Source: Clostridia bacterium (GTDB taxonomy: Bacteria; Bacillota; Clostridia; UMGS1883). Taken from it: a DNA stretch of 27,759 bases. The position numbers and the translations under genes were made by a program. The stretch covers positions 1-27,759 of the forward strand of contig JBJDXJ010000056.1 of NCBI GenBank assembly GCA_051866635.1, in the 5' to 3' direction. The notes beneath the pieces are model-generated. The model did no database searches. It saw only the letters and a list, made by a program, of their open reading frames with translations, and was not told where the DNA came from. The stretch's first letter is position 1, and every line of letters starts with the position of its first letter. Shown here in pieces: positions 9,678 through 17,882 of this stretch.

Positions 9678-10617
9678 AATTTAATTACATTCCCTTACAA
9701 ATTTTCCGGAAAATCATATAAATACTCCGTTAAACTCTCCTCAATGCGTTTAATTTCCTTCTCATATTCACTGCAATTAGAGAAAGTTTTTAAATGTTTG
9801 ATTGATTTTTCCGGATTGAAATATTTATATTTATCAACGTGGTCTTTTGCATCCAATCCGCAAAAATCTTCAATTAACCGTACACTTTCCTCATAATTGT
9901 AGAACATATCTTCAAATCTAATTCTTAAGATGCTTTTACTATCCGCTTTTTTCACAGAAGAACGCAACTTTTTCCAAAATAATATAAAGTCCTCTATATC
10001 ACAAGGCACTCTGGGGCTAACATTTTTTGATTTAACTTCATTCATAACAGGAATAAACACATCTCTCGGATCTCTATCCACTAAAATAACTTTCATGTTA
10101 CCAAGGTACCTGTCGATACGATATAAATTATGGGGCAATATACAATGATCCATTAGTAAACTGCCTTGGTTTTCTCCCTTTATTAATTCACAATAAGAAG
10201 TAAAGAAAATTTCTGCAATTTTATAAAATTCTTCTTCTGTAACATAACTGTATCTGGTACAATCTTTTTTTCTGTAAACGATGCCCTTTGCAAAATCACC
10301 TACAACTTGTCTACCCGTCAAAACATTTTTGATGCTTCCAAAAGTATGTTTAAGTGAGAATTTTGTAGTTAAATAGTCGTATGACCAATTACAGTTCAGA
10401 ATTATATCTGTAAGATTTTCTATAAAACCATCCACAGCTTCCATAAACCCGGGACCGGGCTTTTTGCTGTAATTGCCAAACCATACAAAATTATTATCGT
10501 TAAGCCTTCTCATTTCTTCATAAAAGCTTCTTAACGCTTCGTCGGAACGGTGGATATTATTTCCCAAAAGAAGCTTATCCTCCAAATCAAATAAACCGTT
10601 GGGAGTGTATAACATTA
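9095..10617. repeat. Direct repeat pair (about 9095-9475 and 10237-10617, offset 1142 bp) inside the two sulfotransferase-like paralogues
   Basis: Manual alignment: 9352-9461 versus 10494-10603 differ at only 2 of 110 bases, and the surrounding block of about 380 bp is clearly alignable. Confidence 0.9.
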
Positions 10618-10747
10618 GATGCTCAAACTCTGCTTCGCCAACTATTCCGGAGGTGCAGGAACTATATTCCTTTAACAAATCATAAGCTGCAGAAGAACCG
10701 GTTTTATAATACCCCGTAGCTGTTATGACACAGTTATTATCGTTCAA
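9695..10747 (-). CDS. Sulfotransferase-fold (P-loop-like) protein, paralogue A
   Basis: ITATGYYKTGSSA, ILVDRDPRDVF and IRFEDMF...IEDFCGL. TTG start 8 nt after an AAAGGAG RBS. Confidence 0.72.
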   Translation of the reverse strand: MNDNNCVITATGYYKTGSSAAYDLLKEYSSCTSGIVGEAEFEHLMLYTPNGLFDLEDKLLLGNNIHRSDEALRSFYEEMRRLNDNNFVWFGNYSKKPGPGFMEAVDGFIENLTDIILNCNWSYDYLTTKFSLKHTFGSIKNVLTGRQVVGDFAKGIVYRKKDCTRYSYVTEEEFYKIAEIFFTSYCELIKGENQGSLLMDHCILPHNLYRIDRYLGNMKVILVDRDPRDVFIPVMNEVKSKNVSPRVPCDIEDFILFWKKLRSSVKKADSKSILRIRFEDMFYNYEESVRLIEDFCGLDAKDHVDKYKYFNPEKSIKHLKTFSNCSEYEKEIKRIEESLTEYLYDFPENL

Positions 10748-10765
10748 TTATATCGCTCCTTTCGG

Positions 10766-11689
10766 TTATTTATGCATTATACAGCTTTTCAATAGCCTCA
10801 ATTTCAAATATATGCTATGCAAAACTGTTTTCCTAAAACTAAGCTTTAACATCAGATTATATACATGCTTAGCTTCCGTTTTCATTTTATTTCCCTTATA
10901 CAACTCGTGAAAACGACGCAAAAATGCATATTCAACATTTAAAATCTGCCAGTCTTCCAGTTTATAATATTGTTTTCTACATTCTGTACGGTAAAGTTTT
11001 TCGCCTTCAATGTTTTTCATATTTCCGCGGCTTATTCTATCGCCTACAACAAAGTTGTAATACTTTGAAAGCTCTTCCTTGACACAATCAACTTCATATC
11101 CTGCCGCCAACAGCTTTAAAATAAGTTGTGAGTCCTGTTTGCAAGGTACTATGGAAAACATATCCACCTTCAAAAGAGCGTCTTTTTTTACAAGCCACTG
11201 GCTGGTTGCGGCAATACAATTTTGCTCCATTGCCTCATACAAGCAATTACCCTTAAAATATCTTCTGTCAGAATATGTGCTGGTACCGTCTTTATCAATG
11301 AAAGTTGCAAAGCAGTATACTAACGCAAGCTTAGGGTTATTTGAATTTTTAAAAAGACTTAGTTGCTTCTCAATTTTTTCGGGATAGTACTCATCGTCAT
11401 CATCTAAAAAAGCAATATATTCTCCCTTTGCGGCTTTAATACCTTCGTTTCTGGCACCTGCACCGCCCAAGTTTTGGGCATTTTTTATGTAACGAACTCT
11501 TGGATTGTTCTCATACTTTTGCATGATAGCTTCGGATGTTTTTCGCCATTCCGACTCTGAAGGGTTGTCATCCACAACTATTACCTCAACATTTTTATAT
11601 GTTTGATTGAGAATGCTTTCAATAGCTCTTACCAAAGTTTCATTTCGTGAATATGTAGGCACTACAGCACTTACTAAAACATCATACAT
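10766..11689 (-). CDS. Glycosyltransferase family 2 (GT-A)
   Basis: VSAVVPTYSR, SILNQTY.NVEVIVVDD, GGAGARNEGI..AKGEYIAFLDDDD. Confidence 0.93.
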   Translation of the reverse strand: MYDVLVSAVVPTYSRNETLVRAIESILNQTYKNVEVIVVDDNPSESEWRKTSEAIMQKYENNPRVRYIKNAQNLGGAGARNEGIKAAKGEYIAFLDDDDEYYPEKIEKQLSLFKNSNNPKLALVYCFATFIDKDGTSTYSDRRYFKGNCLYEAMEQNCIAATSQWLVKKDALLKVDMFSIVPCKQDSQLILKLLAAGYEVDCVKEELSKYYNFVVGDRISRGNMKNIEGEKLYRTECRKQYYKLEDWQILNVEYAFLRRFHELYKGNKMKTEAKHVYNLMLKLSFRKTVLHSIYLKLRLLKSCIMHK

Positions 11690-11711
11690 ATTTCATCTTC
11701 CTTTTGTGTTA

Positions 11712-12746
11712 TTAACCTCTTTTTGCTCTTTTAATATGTGTATTTATTAAAGATATTAACGAAAGAACAGCGACGGTTAAAATCAGTATTACAATACTTA
11801 TAAAAGCACCGGATAAAGTGAATTTTCCCATGTTCCCTATGGGGTTTCCAATTATTAAAACAAATATTTCTATCACAAACTGGTTTAAGCATAGATAAAT
11901 AATAGATGTTTTTCCTACGAAAGAAAGAAACTTTTTTAAAACAGGTATTTTTTCGTCAATAAATAACGCCGCAAGATATAAAGCAAATATTCCTATTAAC
12001 GCATTTAACCAGCTTAACGGCACAATACCGTGCCAGCCTGACTTGAAATTCACATATCCGTTTACAAAAAATGTGATGCAAGCATTTATAAAAAGCAGAC
12101 CTAATATTGAGATTATTATATAAAAGCTGTTCATTTTCTTTGCTAATGCCATAATTTTTTCTCCGGCTTCTGCTTTTCTTAATAGCGTGCCAAAATGATA
12201 GTATATCATACATGCAAGAGCAATATCTATCGTTAAAGGAAGCCTATACTCTGTTAAGGTGGTGATGACCGACACCACTGTAGATATTAAAAGAACAATA
12301 ATTGTTACTAACTTTTCACTTTTTATGTTATATACAATTAATGAATAGAATATTTCCATAAAGAAAAGAGCCGTTAAAAACCAAAGTGCACCGGCTATCG
12401 GCAAGCCCTCGGTGTTATATGTAAACAAATTTATCAAAGGCTGAAACACATTACTTTCATCCCGGAAGAATATCAGCCATGAAATATAAAAAAACAGTCC
12501 GTAGCATACATAGGGAACTAACAACTGTTTTGCTTTGCGAAAAGCAAATTCAGAGATGTTAAATTGATCACGTTTTTTAAACAAATACCCCGAAACTACA
12601 AAAAACAGAGGCATATGAAAGGAATGTATGAATACATCGAATATGCCGCTAAAACCAACATGCCCCATGATCATAATAATAATACCGATACCTTTTAAAA
12701 TATCAATATCATCAAGCCTCTTGATTTGCATTGTTTTCGTTAACAT
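11712..12746 (-). CDS. Acyltransferase family 3 (membrane O-acyltransferase)
   Basis: DILKGIGIIIMIMGH, IHSFHMPLFFVVSGY, LLVPY, LWFLTALF. TAAGGAG RBS; overlaps the wzy 3' end by 35 nt. Confidence 0.9.
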   Translation of the reverse strand: MLTKTMQIKRLDDIDILKGIGIIIMIMGHVGFSGIFDVFIHSFHMPLFFVVSGYLFKKRDQFNISEFAFRKAKQLLVPYVCYGLFFYISWLIFFRDESNVFQPLINLFTYNTEGLPIAGALWFLTALFFMEIFYSLIVYNIKSEKLVTIIVLLISTVVSVITTLTEYRLPLTIDIALACMIYYHFGTLLRKAEAGEKIMALAKKMNSFYIIISILGLLFINACITFFVNGYVNFKSGWHGIVPLSWLNALIGIFALYLAALFIDEKIPVLKKFLSFVGKTSIIYLCLNQFVIEIFVLIIGNPIGNMGKFTLSGAFISIVILILTVAVLSLISLINTHIKRAKRG

Positions 12747-14022
12747 CTTTTATCTCCTTATGCTTATCAAAACTATCTATAATATATAAAAGTACCACAA
12801 GATAAAACCATGGTGAATAGTATCTGTAGGTCAACAAATTACATTGCCAGAAAGCATAGAATAACCAACCGATATATAACGCCAATCCAAACAGTGCATA
12901 GGGCTTCCCCTGGTTTTTTATAAGTAAATACAACAAATACAGCAATGCACTGCCTATTAAAACACAACCGATAATACCCGTTGTAAAGTAAAGATAAACG
13001 TAATACATATCCAGAGATGATGTTCTAACACCAAAAGCACTTGTAAAGTTGTTTTCTCTCGTAGCCTGGAAATTAGCATTTTCAACATATCCCATACCGG
13101 TCCATATATTGCCTAACTCTTTAAAAACAGGATAGTTAACAGTTATGTTTAAATCACGGTTGGAATCCGCCCAGATGCGTCCGAAAGCTCCTGTTGCGAT
13201 TAAGGCAACAAGAATAATAATCAACGCTGAACTTAATATTGCATAAAAGATCTTCTTTTTGCTTTTAGGCAAACCACTCACAAAAGTTCCGCCAAAATAT
13301 ACAACTGCAATTAAACTAACGGTCAATATACCGCTTCTGCCTGCACTGGAAGCTAGCATACAAAGAATTACAAAATCAATGATTGCCATAATTATCAGTG
13401 CGTTAAGATTGCTCTTAAGCTTTTTTTTGTTTTTCAGAATATCGAAAATCAATAAAGACACAACAAGTGCAAACACACAGTAATGTGCTGTGTAGCCGTA
13501 TGTAATAAATCCAAAATCGAACTTAACACGGCTACTGCTGCTGAAAACCTTTAAATACGACACAGGATTTACAAAATGGTTCAAATTATTAACAGCCGCA
13601 TACATAAGCTGAATAACACATGCAATATATGTGGTAACTGTATATGTTAAAAACAGTTCGTTTTCATACACATAAGTCAAAGTAATAATTACGGGAATGT
13701 AAAAGTAAAACAACATACCTATACCGTGAGTGTGTGAAAGAGATTTAACAATATCATTTGTAAAAATGTAGGCAAACAATATGGTATGTAAAAGTCCCAA
13801 AATTATAATTATATTCGATTTTCTTTTAAATCTGTCTCTTGCAGCAGTGTTTTTTAACGATAAGAAATACCAAGCAATCATAACTGCTAAATAAACAAAT
13901 CTGAGCTTTCGCAATTGATTCATAAAAGGTACTGTGCCTAAAACATCAAGCAGAAGAAATACCATTGTTAAAAAATACAACATAACAAAGGCAATATGTT
14001 TTTTGTTAATTTTAAATTGCAA
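12712..14022 (-). CDS. wzy: Wzy-like polysaccharide polymerase (O-antigen ligase/polymerase superfamily)
   Basis: 436-aa polytopic membrane protein with SAGRSG, a large late extracytoplasmic loop (TGMGY...SLDMYY...TGIIG), located among the GT genes. TTG start 8 nt after AAGGAG. Confidence 0.7.
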   Translation of the reverse strand: MQFKINKKHIAFVMLYFLTMVFLLLDVLGTVPFMNQLRKLRFVYLAVMIAWYFLSLKNTAARDRFKRKSNIIIILGLLHTILFAYIFTNDIVKSLSHTHGIGMLFYFYIPVIITLTYVYENELFLTYTVTTYIACVIQLMYAAVNNLNHFVNPVSYLKVFSSSSRVKFDFGFITYGYTAHYCVFALVVSLLIFDILKNKKKLKSNLNALIIMAIIDFVILCMLASSAGRSGILTVSLIAVVYFGGTFVSGLPKSKKKIFYAILSSALIIILVALIATGAFGRIWADSNRDLNITVNYPVFKELGNIWTGMGYVENANFQATRENNFTSAFGVRTSSLDMYYVYLYFTTGIIGCVLIGSALLYLLYLLIKNQGKPYALFGLALYIGWLFYAFWQCNLLTYRYYSPWFYLVVLLYIIDSFDKHKEIKDVNENNANQEA

Positions 14023-14044
14023 AGCAATCTCTCCTTGTCATATT

Positions 14045-15292
14045 TTACTGCTCCGTATCATCTGTCAAAACTTCAGCATATACCGGCAACATTTCTTTGA
14101 CCTTTTTTTCCCAAGTATAATTATCTCTTATTCTACAATAAGCCGCATAACTCTTATGTTTCAACATATCAGGGTTATTAATACATTCAAACATAGATTG
14201 TCTGAAATTTTCAACAAATTCTTCTTTATTTGCTCCGTCAACAAGATAACCCGTTTCATCTGTGAGCACAAATTTTGCACCGCCTTGATTTAAGCAAATA
14301 ACAGGTGTTCCCTTCGACATTGCCTCAACTATAACCGTACCGGTTGTCTCCCTAAGGCTCGGGAAAACAAAAACATCAGCATTGTTATATTCCCCAATAA
14401 CATCTTCATAAGACAGTTTACCGGTAAAGGTCACGTAATCATCTAAGCCTTTTTCATTGCAAAGGTATTGATAGTATTCTTTTTGGGTGCCGTCACCGCA
14501 AAGAACAAGCCTCCATGAATTATTTTTAGGTAAACCTTCAATAACATCAAACAAAAATTCCAAGCCTTTTCTGTATTCCATTCTGCCTGCCCACATGAAT
14601 GTTCTTATATTTCTTGTGTCTTTTTCCTTATACATTTCAAGGGCAGAACATCCAATCTCTGTCATATATCCACATTTGCCGGTATCATTTATTTTTCGCT
14701 TTAGATAATCAAAAGTCTCTGTATTTGAAAAATAAATTTTCGCCGCTTTATTCAAAGCTCTTTTATATCCCGGCGTAGAAGTCATGAACTTATTTAAAAA
14801 ACTTCTTAACAGCTCGCTTTTCTTGTTTTTTTGAACATATTCCCTAAGTGCCTCAGGTGTTTCCTGTGCCCCGCCGATAGGTCCTATAATATATGCTTTA
14901 TTAAGCTTATACAATCTGCCTAAGAGCCTGAAGTCATTTGTGGAAACATGATGGATTATATCAAAATTAATCTCTTTATCTGCCCTTTTTGCCACTTTTA
15001 AGGCAGGGTATTGCCACAGCCACTGATACAAGAGAAAATCCAACACCCCGTTTTTATTCTTTGCTTTATTTTTATAATAAAAATTCATCCAATCGGGAAT
15101 GTCGCAGTATATAAAATGAATGTCTTTTATATTGTTTTCGGAACAATATTTTTCAATATCTTCTCGTCTGTCTTTTCTTACCAAGGCCCAAACTTCATGA
15201 TATTTTCTCATATAATATGGCCAAAGCCAACCAATCCCCTCATCACTGCCGTAATATGGCGAGCAAGAGAAACAATCAAACAAAATTTTCAT
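14045..15292 (-). CDS. Glycosyltransferase family 4
   Basis: CSPYYGSDEGIGW N-terminus; WAGRMEYRKG; FVFPSLRETTGTVIVEAMSKG (Ex7E motif). Confidence 0.9.
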   Translation of the reverse strand: MKILFDCFSCSPYYGSDEGIGWLWPYYMRKYHEVWALVRKDRREDIEKYCSENNIKDIHFIYCDIPDWMNFYYKNKAKNKNGVLDFLLYQWLWQYPALKVAKRADKEINFDIIHHVSTNDFRLLGRLYKLNKAYIIGPIGGAQETPEALREYVQKNKKSELLRSFLNKFMTSTPGYKRALNKAAKIYFSNTETFDYLKRKINDTGKCGYMTEIGCSALEMYKEKDTRNIRTFMWAGRMEYRKGLEFLFDVIEGLPKNNSWRLVLCGDGTQKEYYQYLCNEKGLDDYVTFTGKLSYEDVIGEYNNADVFVFPSLRETTGTVIVEAMSKGTPVICLNQGGAKFVLTDETGYLVDGANKEEFVENFRQSMFECINNPDMLKHKSYAAYCRIRDNYTWEKKVKEMLPVYAEVLTDDTEQ

Positions 15293-15293
15293 A

Positions 15294-16037
15294 CTATACT
15301 CTCTTTAAATTAGCTTTCAATTTATCGTACCTATCGTAGCCTAAAATCGCCTGAATAACAGGGACTATAATTTTAAATTTAAGAATTTCCTTTACTGTCA
15401 TTTTCTTCCACGAACTTTGAAAATGATGAACCGTAAGTGTATCATCAGTTATCTTAGGGTGCGAATTTTCCATGTCATATCCTGCAAATACATCATATGG
15501 ACATATTAAAACTGTATCATTTTCCAAAAGCTGTTTTTTGTTATTCAAAACCAATCCGTATTCAATCATCAAATCTGTAAATCGATTATTAATCGGCGTT
15601 AAATCACAATTTTCGCTTTCATCTACAAAATGCATACTCTTATATCTTGCAACAAATTCACTTATTATTGGATGTTCTTTTTCAGCAGCTATAAAAGCTG
15701 TAATCAAGGTGTTCATCGTTTCAAAACCTGTAACTAAAGAGTAATTTGAAATCAATTCATCGAAAGGTTTTAATATTTCAATATCAGTATCTAAATATAT
15801 GCCGCCGTATTCTTTAAGAGCAACTAAGCGTACATAATCGCTGACAAATGCAAATTTTTTTTTGCTGTACGCTTCTTTTACATAATCAATACTGCTATAC
15901 ACATCAAAATTCTTTTCATTCCATTCCATGAACTGATAATCAGGTAGTTTTTTGTGCCAGGCATCAATATACTCTGATATGATTGGTGGTTTTTCAGCGT
16001 TTCCAAACCAACAATAATGGATTATTTTAGGTATCAT
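15294..16037 (-). CDS. Glycosyltransferase family 32 (OCH1-like, DxD)
   Basis: MIPKIIHYCWFG, AFVSDYVRL.AL..YGGIYLDTD and HHF..SW. ATG 16037 lies 7 nt after AAGGTG; the ORF track starts at GTG 16040. Confidence 0.92.
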   Translation of the reverse strand: MIPKIIHYCWFGNAEKPPIISEYIDAWHKKLPDYQFMEWNEKNFDVYSSIDYVKEAYSKKKFAFVSDYVRLVALKEYGGIYLDTDIEILKPFDELISNYSLVTGFETMNTLITAFIAAEKEHPIISEFVARYKSMHFVDESENCDLTPINNRFTDLMIEYGLVLNNKKQLLENDTVLICPYDVFAGYDMENSHPKITDDTLTVHHFQSSWKKMTVKEILKFKIIVPVIQAILGYDRYDKLKANLKRV

Positions 16038-16068
16038 CACTTCACACCTTCATCGAGCTTTACTTAAG

Positions 16069-16608
16069 TTAAAATTTCTTTGCATAAAAATTTCCGTTAT
16101 GATTTATAACTTTAGCAGGAACCCCCGCTATATTAACGTTATCTTCAAAGGACTTATTGACAACTGCATTTGCACCAATCATAACATTATTGCCGATATT
16201 TATGTCGCCAAAGAGCTTTGCCCCGGGGCCAATCCAAACGTTATCTCCTATAACGGGAGCACACTTATCAATATTTTCCCCGATATTAACCCCTTGGTGA
16301 ATATCGCACCAATCGCCGACTTTTGCTTTCGGATTAACAACTATGCAACCAAAATGGTTAATTTTTAAGCCTTTTCCGAAAACATTGCAAGGTATATCAA
16401 ACCCGAGTTTTATGCTCATTCGCCTATGTTTCATTTTGTAATATAAAAGCATTATGGGATTTTTCCCTGTATTTTGGTAGTATTCACGCTTGCGAAGAGT
16501 AATCACATATTTCCATTGTTCATCACCAAACAAGCGTGGTGTCCCCCCCCCATAGACAAATGTATCTGCACGCAAGTATTCTTTTAAATCAGCTTTACTT
16601 TGTATCAC
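16069..16608 (-). CDS. Left-handed beta-helix O-acetyltransferase (serine-acetyltransferase-like, polysaccharide-associated)
   Basis: Hexapeptide repeats FGKGLKINH.G.IVVN..AKVGDWCDIHQGVNIG, IGDNVWIGPGAK and GANAVV...AGVPAK; lacks the CysE N-terminal domain. GTG 16608 follows AAGGTG; the ORF track starts at 16617. Confidence 0.85.
   Translation of the reverse strand: MIQSKADLKEYLRADTFVYGGGTPRLFGDEQWKYVITLRKREYYQNTGKNPIMLLYYKMKHRRMSIKLGFDIPCNVFGKGLKINHFGCIVVNPKAKVGDWCDIHQGVNIGENIDKCAPVIGDNVWIGPGAKLFGDINIGNNVMIGANAVVNKSFEDNVNIAGVPAKVINHNGNFYAKKF
16543..16551 (-). repeat. G9 homopolymer (C9 on + strand) in the acetyltransferase coding sequence
   Basis: + strand reads gt-ccccccccc-ata; coding strand TAT GGG GGG GGG ACA (Y-G-G-G-T). 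Confidence 0.9.
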
Positions 16609-16619
16609 AAAAATCACCT

Positions 16620-17870
16620 TTAATCTCTTCTGAATACATCTCTTGTGTAAACCTTATCGTTAACATCATCAAGACAGCTGTCATAGCGGTTTGCAATAAT
16701 TGCATCGCACATACCCTTAAACTCGTCAAGGTTGTTTACAACCTTACTGCCAAAGAATGTACTGCCATTTTCAAGTGTAGGCTCATATACAACAACAGTT
16801 GCACCTTTCGCCTTAATACGCTTCATTACGCCCTGTATGCTGCTCTGCCTGAAGTTATCAGAATTGGATTTCATTGTAAGGCGGTAAACGCCGATTACAC
16901 AGCTCTTTTCGCAATCTTTTGAGTAGTCTCCTCTATTGTAATAATCATAGTAGCCTGCCATTTTAAGAACGCGGTCTGCAATAAAATCTTTTCTTGTTCT
17001 GTTGCTTTCAACAATAGCTTCAATAAGGTTTTCGGGAACATCAGCATAGTTTGCCAAAAGCTGTTTTGTGTCCTTAGGCAGACAGTAACCACCATAGCCG
17101 AAGCTGGGGTTATTGTAGTGGGAACCTATTCTGGGGTCAAGGCACACACCGTCAATAATTTCTTGTGTGTTTAAGCCTTTCATTTCTGCATAAGTATCAA
17201 GTTCGTTAAAGTAAGATACTCTCAGTGCAAGATATGTATTGGCAAAAAGCTTAACAGCTTCAGCTTCCGTAAATCCCATAAATAAGGTATCAATATCTTC
17301 TTTAATTGCACTCTCCTGCAAAAGAGATGCAAATGTATGTGCGGCTTCTACCAACCTTGCATCTTCCATATCCGTGCCCACAATTATGCGGGAGGGATAG
17401 AGATTGTCATAAAGTGCTTTACTTTCTCTTAAAAATTCAGGGCTGAAAATAATATTTTTACTGCCGGTTTTCTCTCTTATACTCTGGGTGTAACCCACAG
17501 GAATAGTGGATTTAATAACCATAATTGCGTTGGGGTTATATTCCATAACAAGATCAATAACCTTTTCAACTGCACCTGTATCGAAAAAATTCTTTTCGCT
17601 GTCATAATTTGTAGGAGCCGCAATTACAACAAAATCCGCATCGGTATAGGCTTTCTTTGCATCAAGTGTAGCAGTTAAATCAAGCTCTTTTTCTGCAAGA
17701 TATTTTTCAATATAATCATCCTGTATGGGAGATTTACGGTTGTTAATTAAATCCACCTTTTCAGGAATAATGTCAACTGCCGTAACGGTGTGGTTTTGTG
17801 CCAATAACGTAGCTATTGATAATCCCACATATCCTGTACCTGCAACCGCAATTTTATACTTTTTATTCAT
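16620..17870 (-). CDS. ugd: UDP-glucose 6-dehydrogenase
   Basis: [48 protein letters not shown] and DNFRQS. Confidence 0.95.
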   Translation of the reverse strand: MNKKYKIAVAGTGYVGLSIATLLAQNHTVTAVDIIPEKVDLINNRKSPIQDDYIEKYLAEKELDLTATLDAKKAYTDADFVVIAAPTNYDSEKNFFDTGAVEKVIDLVMEYNPNAIMVIKSTIPVGYTQSIREKTGSKNIIFSPEFLRESKALYDNLYPSRIIVGTDMEDARLVEAAHTFASLLQESAIKEDIDTLFMGFTEAEAVKLFANTYLALRVSYFNELDTYAEMKGLNTQEIIDGVCLDPRIGSHYNNPSFGYGGYCLPKDTKQLLANYADVPENLIEAIVESNRTRKDFIADRVLKMAGYYDYYNRGDYSKDCEKSCVIGVYRLTMKSNSDNFRQSSIQGVMKRIKAKGATVVVYEPTLENGSTFFGSKVVNNLDEFKGMCDAIIANRYDSCLDDVNDKVYTRDVFRRD

Positions 17871-17882
17871 TTAAAACACCCC

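Noticed and set aside
9701-9714. Perfect 14-bp palindrome ATTTTCCGGAAAAT at the end of paralogue A
   Set aside because: It lies in coding sequence (DFPEN), has no loop, has no second perfect copy that I noticed, and is not conserved in paralogue B; plausible by chance.
15855-15863. A9 run in the GT32 gene, and A8 runs at 8653-8660, 13421-13428 and 21801-21808, as phase-variation tracts
   Set aside because: Poly-A runs encoding Lys-rich stretches are expected in AT-rich DNA, and one occurs in conserved rmlA. They are much weaker candidates than the G9 tract, although the A9 could be checked in reads.
16069-16608. Calling the LbH protein cysE, which would link it to sulfur metabolism for the sulfotransferases
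   Set aside because: It lacks the CysE N-terminal helical domain and matches short polysaccharide O-acetyltransferases in size and context.
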